DNA of 64,000 bases from Heptranchias perlo (lineage: Eukaryota), in assembly GCF_035084215.1 (NCBI RefSeq), contig NC_090332.1:77500001-77564000 (forward strand), written 5' to 3'. The position numbers and the translations under genes were made by a program. This document shows positions 11,847-24,525 of this stretch, piece after piece; position 1 is the stretch's first letter, and each line of letters opens with the position of its first letter. The notes beneath the pieces are model-generated. The model made no database searches. It was not told where the DNA came from and saw only the letters and a list, made by a program, of their open reading frames with translations.

Positions 11847-13588
11847 CTATAGACTATGCAAATCGAAGAATCCATTCATATTTTATCCCATAAGTATACT
11901 AAGCCTGAAATATAGAAGAACTGATCACTAAATTGACATTTATCCCAGTCCAACAAAATAAAAGCAGAAAGTTGACAATTTTTTTGTCTTAAAACCTTTT
12001 TTCACTTGTCATATGGCAAGTGCATTGAGCGAGGTAGCAGTTGCATGATGTAAATGAGGGGGCAGTGAAAAAAATTGTACGGGTTTAAGTACGAGAATAT
12101 GGGAAAATCTACCGTCATCTGTATATTGTAATGTTCTGTGGATAATATATTACAAAGGGAATATGATATGTTTTTTATTGCTTATGACATTTGTGGCTTT
12201 GTGTGAATATCCTGTAGGTTGCTAGGATATTCTCGATGGGAGTGGAATTGTATGTTACAGAAGCTTGTCCAACACGTTATTTTTACCGTATATGTGTTGA
12301 AGTACTCTTTAAACTATAATTGGAATTTCACTTAATGTGGGACTGTTGTCATAGTACTAGTAATAAAGCTCGCATTTACATAGTACTCGATCTCATTGAA
12401 ATGTCTCGAGGTGCTTTGCACAGTGAATTACTTTTGGAAGTGCGATCACAGTTGGCAGTGGCAGACTGTGCCAGCAATGTCCTGCAGTCATGCAATTGTA
12501 CAAGGACGAGCAAACAGTAAGGAACTGTGCCTCCAACTTTTTAGAATACAATAATTGCAGCGATTATTTGTAACTGAGCCCAGCCTTGTTTTGTGGTGCG
12601 GTCCCATAAATGTGCTCTCACCATAACATGTATTCCATGAAATTATTTTCAGGCAAGAAGCATATGTTACACGCCAATGGAATAACAAGAACATAATTAA
12701 GTTTTTTTCCCACATTTTCTTTTGTGACTTGACATTTTTCTTCTTTCTGTAGGCCTGTTTTTCCTCCTTGGTCCACACCTTTCCCTGACTGAGACCAACC
12801 ACTTGACATGTTCCCAGACTCCTCCAGTTCTGTTGTTGAAGTAACCTCAAAAAATTGTGGGTTGGAACTGCAGCTTCTGTTGTTTTTCTTTCCCCCCCCC
12901 ACCTCCCCAGTACCATATTACCCCCCTCGGGATAAGTGCCTTGACTCTGCTCAGGATTATCCTCCCCATTCAGCTGCTCCCATAGGAACTCACCATGCAA
13001 GGAGTGGCATCTGTCAGCTGATAAGTGCAGGATCAGGCCACAATTTCTGTCTACATTTTCATTTGAAGAAATAGGGCAGCATTCTTGGTACAACAGCTCA
13101 AATGCTAGTTGGAGCAACATTTAAAGGGGATTGTCCTCCTGATAGAAGATAGGCTTGTCCCAACATTGAAATTCTCCTCAATCTTGGACTGGCCAGCTGT
13201 GCTTTTAACCATAAATATAGATGGTAGCTTTAACATCAGATTGATTCTCATCACCTGAAAATTGAATTATTTTCACTAAAACACTTTGTTTTTCATATAA
13301 TCAGATGTGAGTACACGGTGAGACAGTACCCACGAGTGACTAATTATTTTAGTAGAAAGAAAATAGAAAATATCAAGAGGATTAGGAAGTTCCCTATGTT
13401 CATGTTTGCCAAGTGCAGATTAAGACCATCGGAACATAGTATTAGGACAGATTTCACAGGGGAATATTACTCCCATCAACATGGTATTTTGGGTTGTAAT
13501 TGAGTATGAACCCAAGCTGCCTCCAGCCCATTTGGGACTGGAACTCTATTTTCTGTCCCAGAGGCTCATTTGCACCTGATTCAATATT

Positions 13589-13735
13589 GGAGGCAATTTT
13601 AATCTAACTCACTGGGTGGGAAACCCACGGGATCAGGTGGAACGCTAGTTTTACATCCGGTTCAAATGTCACTCTCTGTTGACTTCAATGGAGAGTAACA
13701 TTTTCCCGCCCAGTGAGTTAGGTTAAAATTGCCCC
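13589..13735. mobile_element. Short palindromic MITE
   Basis: Terminal inverted repeats of about 35 bp: GGAGGCAATTTTAATCTAACTCACTGGGTGGGAAA ... TTTCCCGCCCAGTGAGTTAGGTTAAAATTGCCCC. Confidence 0.75.
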
Positions 13736-13969
13736 AATATGTGTCTGTTTGCACAGAAAGAAAAACTGCAGGTTTTAATTTGCCTACTGAAGCCGGGTGC
13801 TAGTTTGAGATTACGTCAGAAATTGTGCTAGCCGCACTGGAAATGTGATTAGAGCCATACAATGTAATCACTAATGGAGCCTTTATGAAGAAGAGTTGAT
13901 AACTTTGTTATGTTCATTTACAAACACACACGTGATGATGTATATTGAACTGAAGTACATCATTGTGTT

Positions 13970-14295
13970 ACTTAGGAACACTGAATAGGAGGGGAGTCGT
14001 TGAGCCTGCTCGACCAATGTTAGCCATGGCAGCTCTATCTTTTTAAGTCTAATTCCTTGCCTTTTCTCTATATCCTTTTAATACCTTCTTCCCAAGTAAG
14101 TCTCTATCTCACTTTTAAACACCTCAGTTGGTTTCGCATCTGTTGCCACTTTTGGTTGTGCCTTCCACATTCTCAAAATTCTTGGTGAAGGAATTTTTCC
14201 TAAGTTTGCTTTTAATTAGCTTTGTTTGGATTCTAACATATCCCCTTGACCTGGATTCCCCTAATAGAGGGAGGCATCATTCCTGATCTACCCTG
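13970..14295 (-). mobile_element. Old CR1 3' fragment
   Basis: TTAGGAACA...GAGCCTGCTCGACC...TTAG.CCATGG resembles the CR1 3' UTR at 6290; decayed ...GGATTCCCCTAATAGAGGG coding remnant. Confidence 0.55.
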
Positions 14296-14520
14296 TGAGC
14301 TTCCAGCTGTCTCGGTCCAATCCTTTGGAACTCTCTCCTTGCCACTTCCCTCTCTGCTTTTAAAAACCCCCCTCACCGCCTTTAAAAGCCTCCTCAAAAT
14401 TTGTGTGTGATATCGTCACGAATAAATTCAGGTATAGGTCTTTTCTCTCCTCAGTCAAAAACTTCGAAGTGTTTTTAAAAAAAAAATACTAGACGAACGT
14501 TAAATATCAACTCTTTAAAC

Positions 14521-15548
14521 CAGGAGTTCTCAACTTGTAAGAATAGTCCCACAGAAAAATCATGAAGTGCCTCCAGGTGTTACTTAAGTAGCAAATGAAG
14601 CATATGTCATTTCTAAACACACCAGATGATACTATAGGAAAACTTTGCAAAGCTTACAATACCATCATTCTCACTCTTCACTATTTATTTATTTAACTTT
14701 CCTTCTCTCTTTCCTTTTACCTTTGCCTTCCACTTCACTTTTTTCACTCTCTCCTGCACTTCACTTTCACTTTTTCTTTTTCTCCACCCTACTGTTTTGC
14801 TTTACTTTCCTCTTCTGTTTCTCACTGCATCAGTTCCCATCCCCCACCTCCTGCCATGTTTGCGCTGCCACTTGGAGAGATTGCAACGGTGGGGAGGGAA
14901 GGAGCAGGAGGCCAAAGAGCAGACTATGGGAAGAGGCAACTTCTGGTGCTCGATTATCTCCAATCACTGGAGATTTGTGGTGTTTGCACCGCCGCAGCTG
15001 CAGTACAGTAGAGCTGGAGATTTTAAGAGCTAAAAATGTACTCTGGGGCCTGAAGGGTTAGTTACGATTTCTCATGACTTTCTCCCAAATATTTCAGTTC
15101 CATTTCCAAGCCAGCGCATGACATGACTTTGAGTGCTGGACATCCTCCTGTGTATTGTAAAATATGCACTTGATAATCAGTCACGTCAAGATTGCAAGCG
15201 TCACTTTCTTTTTTAACCCACTTCGCTTACTCCAGCTGTTGGTTTCTTTCAGTGCTGCGGGGCTGTCTCGACAGCCGTACGGAGAGTGGAAGCACGCTAC
15301 AGCCACTGAACCATAATCAATAAGAAAGATAATCAATAATTGGGGCTATTGCCGAGCGTGAGCAGCAAGGGGGAGGTGAGCATTCGACGGCAGACTGTGC
15401 CACTTATGCTTCAAGCTTGGCTGTGGCTCTGGGTCCCAAGTAGTGGTCCAAGTGTCAACAAGGCAAGTCCATGCTCGCCTCTCAAGGACAGGCTGTGCCT
15501 TGCCAGGGTAGGGGGTGAGGGATGCCCCTCACAGTTTGAGAACCACTG
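14521..15548. mobile_element. Non-autonomous hAT (Charlie-like) DNA transposon
   Basis: TIRs CAGGAGTTCTCAAC / reverse complement CAGTGGTTCTCAAAC; 8-bp flanks CTTTAAAC and CTGTAAAA (6/8 identical, NTNTANAN-like) consistent with a decayed hAT TSD. Confidence 0.65.
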
Positions 15549-15993
15549 CTGTAAAACATTGAAGGTGATGATTGTAGGGGTGGAATATAAGAATGGATAT
15601 TATATCAGCAGGAACTGCTACATTGATACAAATTCCGTTACACATGAATACTGCTGTGCATTTGCCTCAATCTCAATTGTAGTTCCTGTTATATTTCCTC
15701 ATTTTTTTTCAGTCAAAATAGGTCTTGTATAACCCTGGCCTACGTTTGCGCAAAAATTTATTTCACTGAAATATTTTGAGACATGAACCGGGAAACAGTT
15801 ACAGTGATGTTATTGTACAGCTGGTAAATGCCTCTGTTGACGTAGCGGAGAGAGGAATTTAATGTGAGCGCATTGAGCATTTGTACAATAGCATTGCTGA
15901 CAGTAATGTCTAGTCTATTTTGCGGAGACATTTGACTCATCACCAAGGCAAGATCAAGATTCGGTGCTGTGGTAGAGCATCATGCAGCCCAAT

Positions 15994-16673
15994 AGGAACA
16001 GAGCAGGCTGAGTTTGCACCTCCTACAGAGTGGTCAGGGTGAATTGAGAATAGAACAAAAGGCAGATTTAAAGGATAACGTTCGAATGATGTAGTAGCTC
16101 CACAGAAACTTGGTAGCTTGCATGTTCTATGCCATGAATTTGAAAAGGATTTAACTGTGGTTAGATTTCAGTTTGCAAAGGGACGTACCTAGCTGCATGA
16201 ATGTAGCAAAGATTTAATTGACAGCCAAAGTATCCAAATTTTTCAATACATGAGGGTTCCGGGTAGAACATGGAAGGACCATCTGATAGTCTCCACTTAG
16301 CTACAAGATACAAGTGTCCATAGCAGAAATGTACCCACAATTGGCTGTAGCTTCCAATAGCAATTGGGGTGATTCCCAGCTTCTCAGAATCCCTCTACTT
16401 CTCCATTTTAAAGTTGATTACTCCACTTGATAAATTGAAAACACTAATTGGCTGAGCCACTTAATACCTATTTTCATTCTGCCCCTTGTTCCCCGCTCCA
16501 GTGCCACCTTGGTAGCCCTCAGAAGTCCATTACTGGGAATGAGGCAGGAACAGAACAGGCTGAGTTTGTACCTCCTACGGAGTGGTCAGGGTGAATTGAG
16601 AATAGAACAAAAGGCAGATTTAAAAGATAACGTTTGAAAATGTGTAGTAGCTCCATAGAGTCTCCGTAGCTTG
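15994..16673 (+). repeat. Pair of ~127-bp direct repeats (15994-16120 and 16546-16673)
   Basis: AGGAACAG..CAGGCTGAGTTTG.ACCTCCTAC.GAGTGGTCAGGGTGAATTGAGAATAGAACAAAAGGCAGATTTAAA...GTAGCTTG occurs twice, 552 bp apart, with scattered mismatches. Confidence 0.9.
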
Positions 16674-16825
16674 GAAAAGCCAAGGGCATCAAATCAAGCT
16701 TTCTGTATAGTAAGGCTTGCATTTTACATGGGAGTCCATGTTTACTTGGCCTATTGGCATCTCGGCATGCGTGAGGAACAAATAGCAGTGCAGTGCACTT
16801 AACCAACACATACTTGCCAAACACA

Positions 16826-17567
16826 TTGGACCAGAAATTGCTCGTAAAATAACAGTGAGCCCTTTAGTGCTCACCGTTATTAATGGGCAAATCAAAGAGC
16901 TAGTTCCAATGACTGCACATGCGCAGTCAAACGCGGAAATCTGGAACTTGCTCTTCCTGAATCACCAGTGACCTGAAAGTTTCGCGTTAAAGGCACCTTG
17001 CTGGCTGCAATCAATGGACCAGCGCCAACTTGCTCTCCTGCCCAGCTGGAAACTAACTAATCTCGCCACAAAAAAGGTATGCTGAGTTTTTTTTTACGTC
17101 TAAACTAATTTTTAATGGCATGGTAACTATTATTGACAGCCAAACAACCTCTCTGGTACTGAAAATTAACTTTTAAAAATGTGGAGTCTCATTATTCCTG
17201 ATTGTAATAGTTTTTGGATATTTTAATTAATTTTTGTTTCACTTTTTCTTTCCATCTCTTTTGTCTCAGTCTTATCCTCTCTTTATTTCACTTTCTCTAA
17301 CTCGCACTATAGTACATTTACTAACCTTATCGGGCACTTTCTGCTTTTTAGTCTGCGATGTTTGTCAATGAGTTTCACTTCCTGGTTCTCACAGCGTGAC
17401 TTGCTTCAAGATGATTGATTGAGGGGGCATAGAGATCCTTTCCCCAGCCACACAGCCTGGGAAAGAACGCTGATGTTTTTTGAAGTTGCATTTCAAGGAA
17501 GTTGCTGTACCTTAGTGTGTGAATTTAAATCTAATGAGTGGCAAGCTCAGAGCAATTTACAGGCCAA
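16826..17567. mobile_element. Non-autonomous DNA transposon with ~18-bp imperfect TIRs
   Basis: TTGGACCAGAAATTGCTC ... GAGCAATTTACAGGCCAA; non-coding interior. Confidence 0.6.
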
Positions 17568-17714
17568 TAGACAGTGCCTTGTTCCTTTGTGTTCGTATTG
17601 TGAGAGACAAATCAATTAAAATGCCCTGTTTCATTATTGACCGATTGAAATTGATATAAATAACCTCTTCTACTCTATTTTAAAACTAAATTATGATTAA
17701 AACTCTCAAAGATA

Positions 17715-17990
17715 TGGCGGAATCCTTTCACCTCTGAGACCTGGATTAATAGGATGAAAGTCTCCCTGCCTGTGACTCTAAGGGTCCTATGTTGGATGAG
17801 TTTGGGTGGACAATTACTAGTGGACATGGGTTTATAGTAGAAAAGGCTGCTTTTAATTTAGCACTAATTGGCGCTCTCACTCAGAACCCACAGGATGACT
17901 GGGGTGGGAAGTAGAAAAGAAGTCACGTTGCTGCCAGAAGATCTTCTGAGGTTGGGGGTCAAGCCCATTGTTTGGGTAGAGTAGAAGGAA
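17715..17990 (+). mobile_element. LF-SINE-like element (5' part; 3' part at ~19390-19470)
   Basis: CCTTTCACCTCTG, GGATGAAAGTCTCC, GATGAGTTTGGGTGG, AATTTAGCACTAATTGGC and later GCTTTACTCTGCATCTGGCTGTGCTATACCTG resemble the LF-SINE consensus as I recall it; no alignment was run. Confidence 0.5.
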
Positions 17991-18405
17991 AGAATGAACT
18001 GTCTTTAAATAGTGTCTTATCTCATTCTCAAGCCACCCCAAAACTGATGGATGACTTTGTGAAGTGCAGTCACTATGTTATACAAGCTAACGTGGCAGCC
18101 AATTTAACCAAAACAAGTTCCACAAACATCAAATGAATGAATGACCATATAATCTGTTCTTGTTGGTGGTGCTGGTTGAAAGAGGATTGTTGGCCAGGAC
18201 ACCAGCAGAACTCTTCTCCTAATGCCGTGGATTGTTTTGTGTCCACTTGAGCAGGCAGACGGGGCCTCAGTCGAGCATCTCATCCAAATGGCACCTCTGA
18301 TAATGCAGCACTCTCCCTGTATAGCAATGAAATGTCAGACAAGATTTATTTGGTAAAGTCCACAGTAGGGTTTGAAGCTACAACCTTCTTCCCAGAGGCA
18401 AGAGT
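17987..18405 (-). mobile_element. Deu-SINE; the last part of its head is displaced to ~19366-19385 by the CR1
   Basis: Reverse complement of the Deu core (GGCCAGGACACC, CAGGCAGACGGGGCCTC, TCATCCAAA, GCAGCACTC); head ...CAGAGGCAAGAGTAA | CR1 | TACCAACTCAGCCAAGC. Confidence 0.7.
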
Positions 18406-19365
18406 AATATTTATTAACGACTTAGATGAAGGCATAGAAAGTCTCATATCTAAGTTTGCCAATGACACAAAGATTGGTGGCATTGTAAGCAGTTAGGATG
18501 AAAACATAAAATTACAAAGCGATATTGATAGATTAGGTGAATGGGCAAAACTGTGGCAAATGGAATTCAGTGTAGACAAATGTGAGGTCATCCACCTTGG
18601 ATCAAAAAAGGATAGAACAGGGTACTTTCTAAATGGTAAAAAGTTAAAAACAGTGGATGTCCAAAGGGACTTAGGGGTTCAGGTACATAGATCATTGAAG
18701 TGTCATGAACAGGTGCAGAAAATAATAAGGCAAATGGAATGCTGGCCTTTATATCTAGAGGACTGGAGTACAAGGGGGCAGAAGTTATGCTGCAGCTATA
18801 CAAAACCCTGGTTAGATTGCACCTGGAGTACTGTGAGCAGTTCTGGACACCGCACCTTCGGAAGGACATATTGGCCTTGGAGGGAGTGCAGCGTAGGTTT
18901 ACTAGAATGATACCCGGACTTCAAGGGTTAAGTTACGAGGAGAGATTACACAAATTGAGGTTGTATTCTCTGGAGTTTCGAAGGTTAAGAGGTGATCTGA
19001 TCGAAGTTTATAAGATATTAAGGGGAACAGATAGGATGGATAGAGAGAAACTATTTCCGCTGGTTGGGGATTTTAGGAGTAGGGGGCACAGTCTAAAAAT
19101 TAGAGACCGACCTTTCAGGAGCGAGATTAGAAAACATTTCTACACACAAAGGGTTGTAGAAGTTTGGAACTCTCTTCCGCAAACGGCAATTGATACTAGC
19201 TCAATTGCTAAATTGAAATGTGAGATAGATAGCTTTTTGGCAACCAAAGGTATTAAGGGATATGGGCCAAAGGCAGGTATATGGAGTTAGATCACAGATC
19301 AGCCATGATCTTATCAAATGGCGGAGCAGGCACGAGGGGCTGAATGGCCTACTCCTGTTCCTATG
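18406..19365 (+). mobile_element. 5'-truncated CR1 LINE
   Basis: FINDLDEG..SKFANDTK, 183-aa ORF 18739-19290 (LEGVQRRFTRM, WNSLP), GGGCTGAATGGCCTACTCCTGTTCCTATG tail. Confidence 0.95.
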
Positions 19366-19469
19366 TACCAACTCAGCCAAGCAGGCACTTTAGCGAGAGC
19401 TTTACTCTGCATCTGGCTGTGCTATACCTGAGCTGGGAGTGCTGACAGTGAGTACCTGGAATGGGAAGA

Positions 19470-19850
19470 GTTATATTGATTTCAAAATCCTCATGCTTGT
19501 TTGCAAATTTCTCCATAGCCTCCCTTCAACCTCCTGTAGCCTTATGCTCCAGCTCAACCCCCCCATTATGGCAGCTTTGGCCTACTATACTCCCCCCACC
19601 CGTCCACACCGCCCACCCCCGCTCCACAATCGATGGCTGAACCTTCAGCCACCATGATCCTGCAATCTTGAATTCTTTCCCTAAATGTTTCTGTCTTGTC
19701 ACATCTCTCCCTACCTTCAAAAGCCTGAAAATCTCTATCTTCAACTACCCTGTCGATCTGCTCTCCTAACCTTCCGATTCCTGCTCGGCCTATGATCCAC
19801 TCCCTTTGCCAGGTGTCTTAGGACATTTTCCTGCATCAAAAATGTAAATA
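19470..19850 (+). mobile_element. Old L2 LINE 3' fragment
   Basis: IDFKILMLVCKFLHSL resembles the L2 C-terminus at 54450; decayed tail. Confidence 0.6.
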
Positions 19851-20332
19851 TCATGGTTTACCATGTCTGTAAACTTAGCAAATGACAGAAAATATTCTAA
19901 AACAAAATCCTTAGCAGAACAAAATCTTTGATAGTGCTGCTGATATAATTCTGCCAACTTTACTAAAACATTTATATATACGATATAACTTTATACACTA
20001 GGCACATTCATCGTATTTCACATTATTATATACTACTCGTTTTAACAAAGCCCTCATGAGCTTTTTGTTCAATAACAGGGTACTGGAAAATTCAGACAGT
20101 GCAGGACTAATAGCTTTGAGAGTGAGTGAGAAAGATAACTCATTAGGCTGGAAAGTATTTGGGAAATTCTCCTGAGGATTGCTATCTTTGGAATGCTGTG
20201 GTCTAGAAATCATGATTTGCCGAAATGGTAGTAATGGGTTACAATTGGGCTGATTAGTGACTAGGCAGAGGGGATTTTTATATATATAAAAATAATACGT
20301 CTACAGACAAAGTTAATGTGTGTACTCACACT

Positions 20333-21469
20333 GGGGTAGATCTTGACTTTGTGTGATGGTGTAAAACGGGTGATAGAGAATCGGCAGCCTTTTTTTTTAT
20401 TCGTTCATGGGATGTGGGCGTCGCTGGCGAGGCCGGCATTTATTGCCCATCCCTAATTGCCCTTGAGAAGGTGGTGGTGAGCTGCCTTCTTGAACCGCTG
20501 CAGTCCGTGTGGTGAAGGTTCTCCCACAGTGCTGTTAGGAAGGGAGTTCCAGGATTTTGACCCAGCGACAATGAAGGAACGGCGATATATTTCCAAGTCG
20601 AGATGGTGTGTGACTTGGAGGGGAACGTGCAGGTGGTGTTGCTCCCATGTACCTGCTGCTCTTGTCCTTCTAGGTGGCAGAGGTCGCGGGTTTGGGAGGT
20701 GCTGTCGAAGAAGCCTTGGCGAGTTGCTGCAGTGCATCCTGTGGATGGTACACACTGCAGCCACAGTGGGCCGGTGGTGAAGGGAGTGAATGTTTAGGGT
20801 GGTGGATGGGGTGCCAATCAAGTGGGCTGCTTTGTCTTGGATGGTGTCGAGCTTCTTGAGTGTTGTTGGAGCTGCACTCATCGAGGCAAGTGGAGAGTAT
20901 TCCATCACACTCCTGACTTGTGCCTTGCAGATGGTGGAAAGGCTTTGGGGAGTCAGGAGGTGAGTCACTCGCCACAGAATACCCAGCCTCTGACCTGCTC
21001 TTGTAGCCACAGTATTTATGTGGCTGGTCCAGTTAAGTTTCTGGTCAATGGTGATCCCCAGGATGTTGATGGTGGGGGATTCGGCGATGGCAATGCCATT
21101 GAATTTCAAGGGGAGGTGGTTAGACTCTCTCTTGTTGGAGATGGTTGTTGCCTGGCACTTGTCTGGTGCGAATGTTACTTGCCACTTATCAGCTCAAACC
21201 TGGATGCTGTCCAGGTCTTGCTGCATGCGGGCACGGACTGCTTCATTATTTGAGGGGTTGCGAATGGAACTGAACACTGTGCAATCATCAGCGAACATCC
21301 CCATTTCTGACCTTATGATGGAGGGAAGGTCATTGATGAAGCAGCTGAAGATGGTTTTACATCTCTCCCGATTGACTTCAATGGAAATAAAAATGGGGAG
21401 AGATGTAAACCGGGCTGCTGTCTCACTATCACCCGTTTCACACTATTGCACAGAGTCAAAATCTACCGC
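20333..21469. mobile_element. Palindromic ~170-bp MITE (20333-20389 + 21353-21469) split by LINE-B
   Basis: GGGGTAGATCTTGACTTTGTG...GTAAAACGGGTGATAG and CTATCACCCGTTTCACAC...CAGAGTCAAAATCTACC are inverted arms; related copies at ~9330-9425, 52329-52492 and 52660-52810. Confidence 0.7.
20390..21356 (-). mobile_element. LINE-B, 5'-truncated (RT C-terminus plus 3' end)
   Basis: GMFADDC motif near 21280-21300, 218-aa ORF 20453-21109 (KAQVRSVMEY, WNSLP), poly-T at 20390. Confidence 0.9.
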
Positions 21470-21569
21470 ACTCTGTTTATGGTAATAAATAGCTTTCTGA
21501 AAAAAAACAGTTAGGAGCTGAAAAAGAGAGTGGAAAGCAAGAATCAGTTACCCACTATGTATTTATTAC

Positions 21570-21875
21570 AAAGAAAGAATGAACTTGCATTTAAATCTCA
21601 TCTTTCACGTCCTCGGGATGTTCCAAAGCGCTTCACAGCTTGTGGTAAATGCTGGCCATGAAACTTGGAGAACAATCCTGCTTTTCCCCTGGAATGGGAT
21701 CTTTTACAAGCACCTCGATAGGCAGACGGGGCCTTGGCTTAATGTCTCATCTGAAACATGGCACTTTCAACAATGCAGCACTGCACTCAAGTGGTAGCCT
21801 AAATTGCGCTGGCGTGGGTCTTGAACCCACAAGCTTCTGACCAGCAAGTGAGAGTGCCAGCGTTGGGCTAATCTG
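21570..21875 (-). mobile_element. Internally deleted Deu-SINE
   Basis: GAACTTGCATTTA tail complement, GGGATCTTTTAC, GGCAGACGGGGCCT core, CTTGAACCCAC B-box complement. Confidence 0.65.
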
Positions 21876-22065
21876 ATGAGGTCTGCATGGTAACCTATTG
21901 TATCTTTTTAAAAATTAATATTTGTTGATTTTTTACACTGATAAATATGAAGGATGTAGGTGCTGGGGGGGTTGTGCCACTTTGGGTGCTTAGTGTCAAC
22001 AATGAATACTCTCAGATCAGATACAGCAGAGGCAGATGCCAAATAAAGCTGCATCTTCCGTGCAA

Positions 22066-22635
22066 CATCATCGAGTTACATCAAGTCGACAGCATAGAAA
22101 CAGGCCATTCGGCCCAACTGGCCTATGCCGGAGTTTATGCTCCACATGAGCCTCCTCCCACCGCTCTTCATCTAACCATATCAGCATGCCCTCCTATTCC
22201 TTTCTCCCTCATGTACTTATCTAGCTTCCCCTTAAATGCATCTATGCTATTTGCCTCAACTACTCCTTGTGGTAGCGAGTTCCACATTCTAACCACTCTT
22301 TGGGTAAAGAAGCTTCTCCTGATTTCCCTATTGGATTTATTGGTGACTATCTTATATATATGACCTCTAGTTTTGGACTCCCCCACATGTAGAAACATTT
22401 TCTCTACGTCTACCCTATCAAAACCTTTCATTAAAGACCTCCATCGGGTCACCCCTCAGCCTTCTCTTTTCCAGAGAAGAGCCCCACCCTGTTTAGCCTT
22501 TCATGATAATTATATCCTCTCAGTTCTGGTGTCATCCTTGTGAATCTTTTTTGCACCTACTCCAATGCCTCTATATTCTTCTTATAATATGGAGACCAGA
22601 ACTATGCACAGTACTCCAAATGTGGTCTAACCAAA
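22066..22635 (-). mobile_element. CR1 3' fragment (subfamily also at 26685-27300 and 32441-32785)
   Basis: KGFDRVDVEKMF, GHIYKIVTNKSN, WNSLPQGVVEA. Confidence 0.9.
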
Positions 22636-22872
22636 ATTGTTCCTTAACCGTAATCTCTGTAAAGCACCACCTTCTGCATCATTGTGACATTTTCACTTCA
22701 ACTCCAGTTATCCTTATGGCTTGTCTGATTGAGACTGTCAAACAGGTGCTCACGCTATGGACCGTGTATTATCCTGGCATTTGTTCCTGTTGAAAACTGG
22801 GAGACTGGCATCAGGGAGCCATACTATTAAATCTGGCTCCCTTATCTCGAAAACAGAATCATAGGCCCAGTT

Positions 22873-23234
22873 TAGGGTTGCCAACTCTGGTTGGATTTAT
22901 TCCTGGAGGTTTCATCCTATGCCCTCACTTATCCAACCGTCCAGGCCCCAAGCTCCCGCCATTGATCATGATGTTGTCCCGCACCAATTGGAAACCGAAC
23001 AGACTCTTTGTTACCCGATTGGATGATTCTTGACTCTCAGTCAATCAGCCTTTTTTTCCCCATCTGCGGTATTTTTATAACTAATAATCGAAAGTGTTCA
23101 AAGAAATGATAAAAGCACATGATTTCTTTTAACGCCCCAATGATTTTTCTCCCTGGTTGTTCACAGCAGTGTCCTGGAGATTCATCTTCAATTCCTGGAG
23201 ACTCCAGGTCAGTCCTGGAGGGTTGGCAACCCTA
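22873..23234. mobile_element. Non-autonomous hAT-like element
   Basis: Perfect 13-bp TIRs TAGGGTTGCCAAC; subterminal CCTGGAG repeats; no clean 8-bp TSD. Confidence 0.75.
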
Positions 23235-23689
23235 CACCCCGTTCTTTGTTCTGTGATTCTGCTGCTGGGATAAGGGAGCTAGATTCAATTCTGTAAACCT
23301 GGGTGGGTCAGCAAGTAGTTGATGGTCTCCTAAAATCTGAACAAGCACCAGTGTCAAGGTGCCTTTTTGTACTGTGGGCTTGTGCCCTAAGGCGTGAATT
23401 GAGATTGCCCAAACTCAACCTTTTGACCTTTAACAAGCCAGCAGAGTGAGGAGACTTTCATCCCAGCAGTCTTGGAATTCCAATCGATGTAGCAGAGGTG
23501 AAAGAAAAATGCTGTAACATCCAATCTCCCATTAAACTTGCCTTGAATAACTTAAGTCTCCTGTTAGTGAATTTACACTTCAGGTTCTGGTATTTCTCAT
23601 TAGATCGTCCATTCCTTGAGATTCCACCCCTCCCCCTGCCCTCGGATTATTTGCCAGCCATCGGTGGCAAGACGTTCCCAGGTTTTTAT

Positions 23690-24040
23690 TGTTTTTTTTG
23701 TCCTATTTTACTCACCTCCTCTCCTGAAGCCGTTAATTCTTGCTGGGTTGAGGCTTCATAGATGTTGGCTGTCTTTCAGTGCCTTGCCGAAGTAACTATT
23801 CCTCATGTAGACAGTGAATATCAGCTACTGTGCAGAACGTCCAATCCAATCCAATCAATTCTGCACCCTCCACCATGAGTAATTGGATAGTGATTTGGAG
23901 TGAGAACCCTGCTTGTTTCCCTTTTCTATCCCTAGTTCAGGCGTGCTGGTCCAGCTATAGAAACCCAACTGCTCGTCGCTGAGATCTACTAACTCAGCAC
24001 AGTTCTTGAATTGTACCCGGACTTTCTAGTCCTAATAACT
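23690..24040 (-). mobile_element. Degenerate SINE-C copy
   Basis: CTCTCCTGAAG..TTCTTGCTGGG ... GCTGAGATCTACTAACTCAGCACAG. Confidence 0.55.
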
Positions 24041-24525
24041 TAGTGCTACACCGGGTGATGCCTGTACCCAGTCGGGATTTGGGAGTGCTCTTTAGTACTG
24101 TTTTGGGGAGGAGGCGATGTAGGGGGAGGGAGAAATCCCTCCTCTCCTGGTTAATGGGGAAGTGTCTACCCTTTCCTTGGTACTTCCCAGTGATAGCACA
24201 ACCAAGATCGGGATGTGTTGAGAATCATGGGCACCAATGTACTTTGCTGCTGCCTCTAGAGAAGATTTAATCCAAATGGATTGTGGGAAGTACTCAGGAT
24301 AATCCCCGAGGGATCATCATTTCAATTTGGGTAGTTACGACTTGAGTGAATGTAATCTCTGTGGGGCTTAGCAGAGTCAGTAGGGTTTTGCTTCAAGGCT
24401 CATTGAAGAATAGAAGAACATAAACCAACTTGAGCTGCTTCCCGACATTAAAGTATCCAACAGCCCTGTCACAAATCCTTTGTGCTGATTGTGAATACAT
24501 TCCCAGCTCCGCCTGCACTTCAGTT

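Noticed and set aside
12488-13120. 210-aa minus-strand ORF
   Set aside because: No recognisable domain, crosses a C10 homopolymer, and has no convincing splice sites or coding-like composition.
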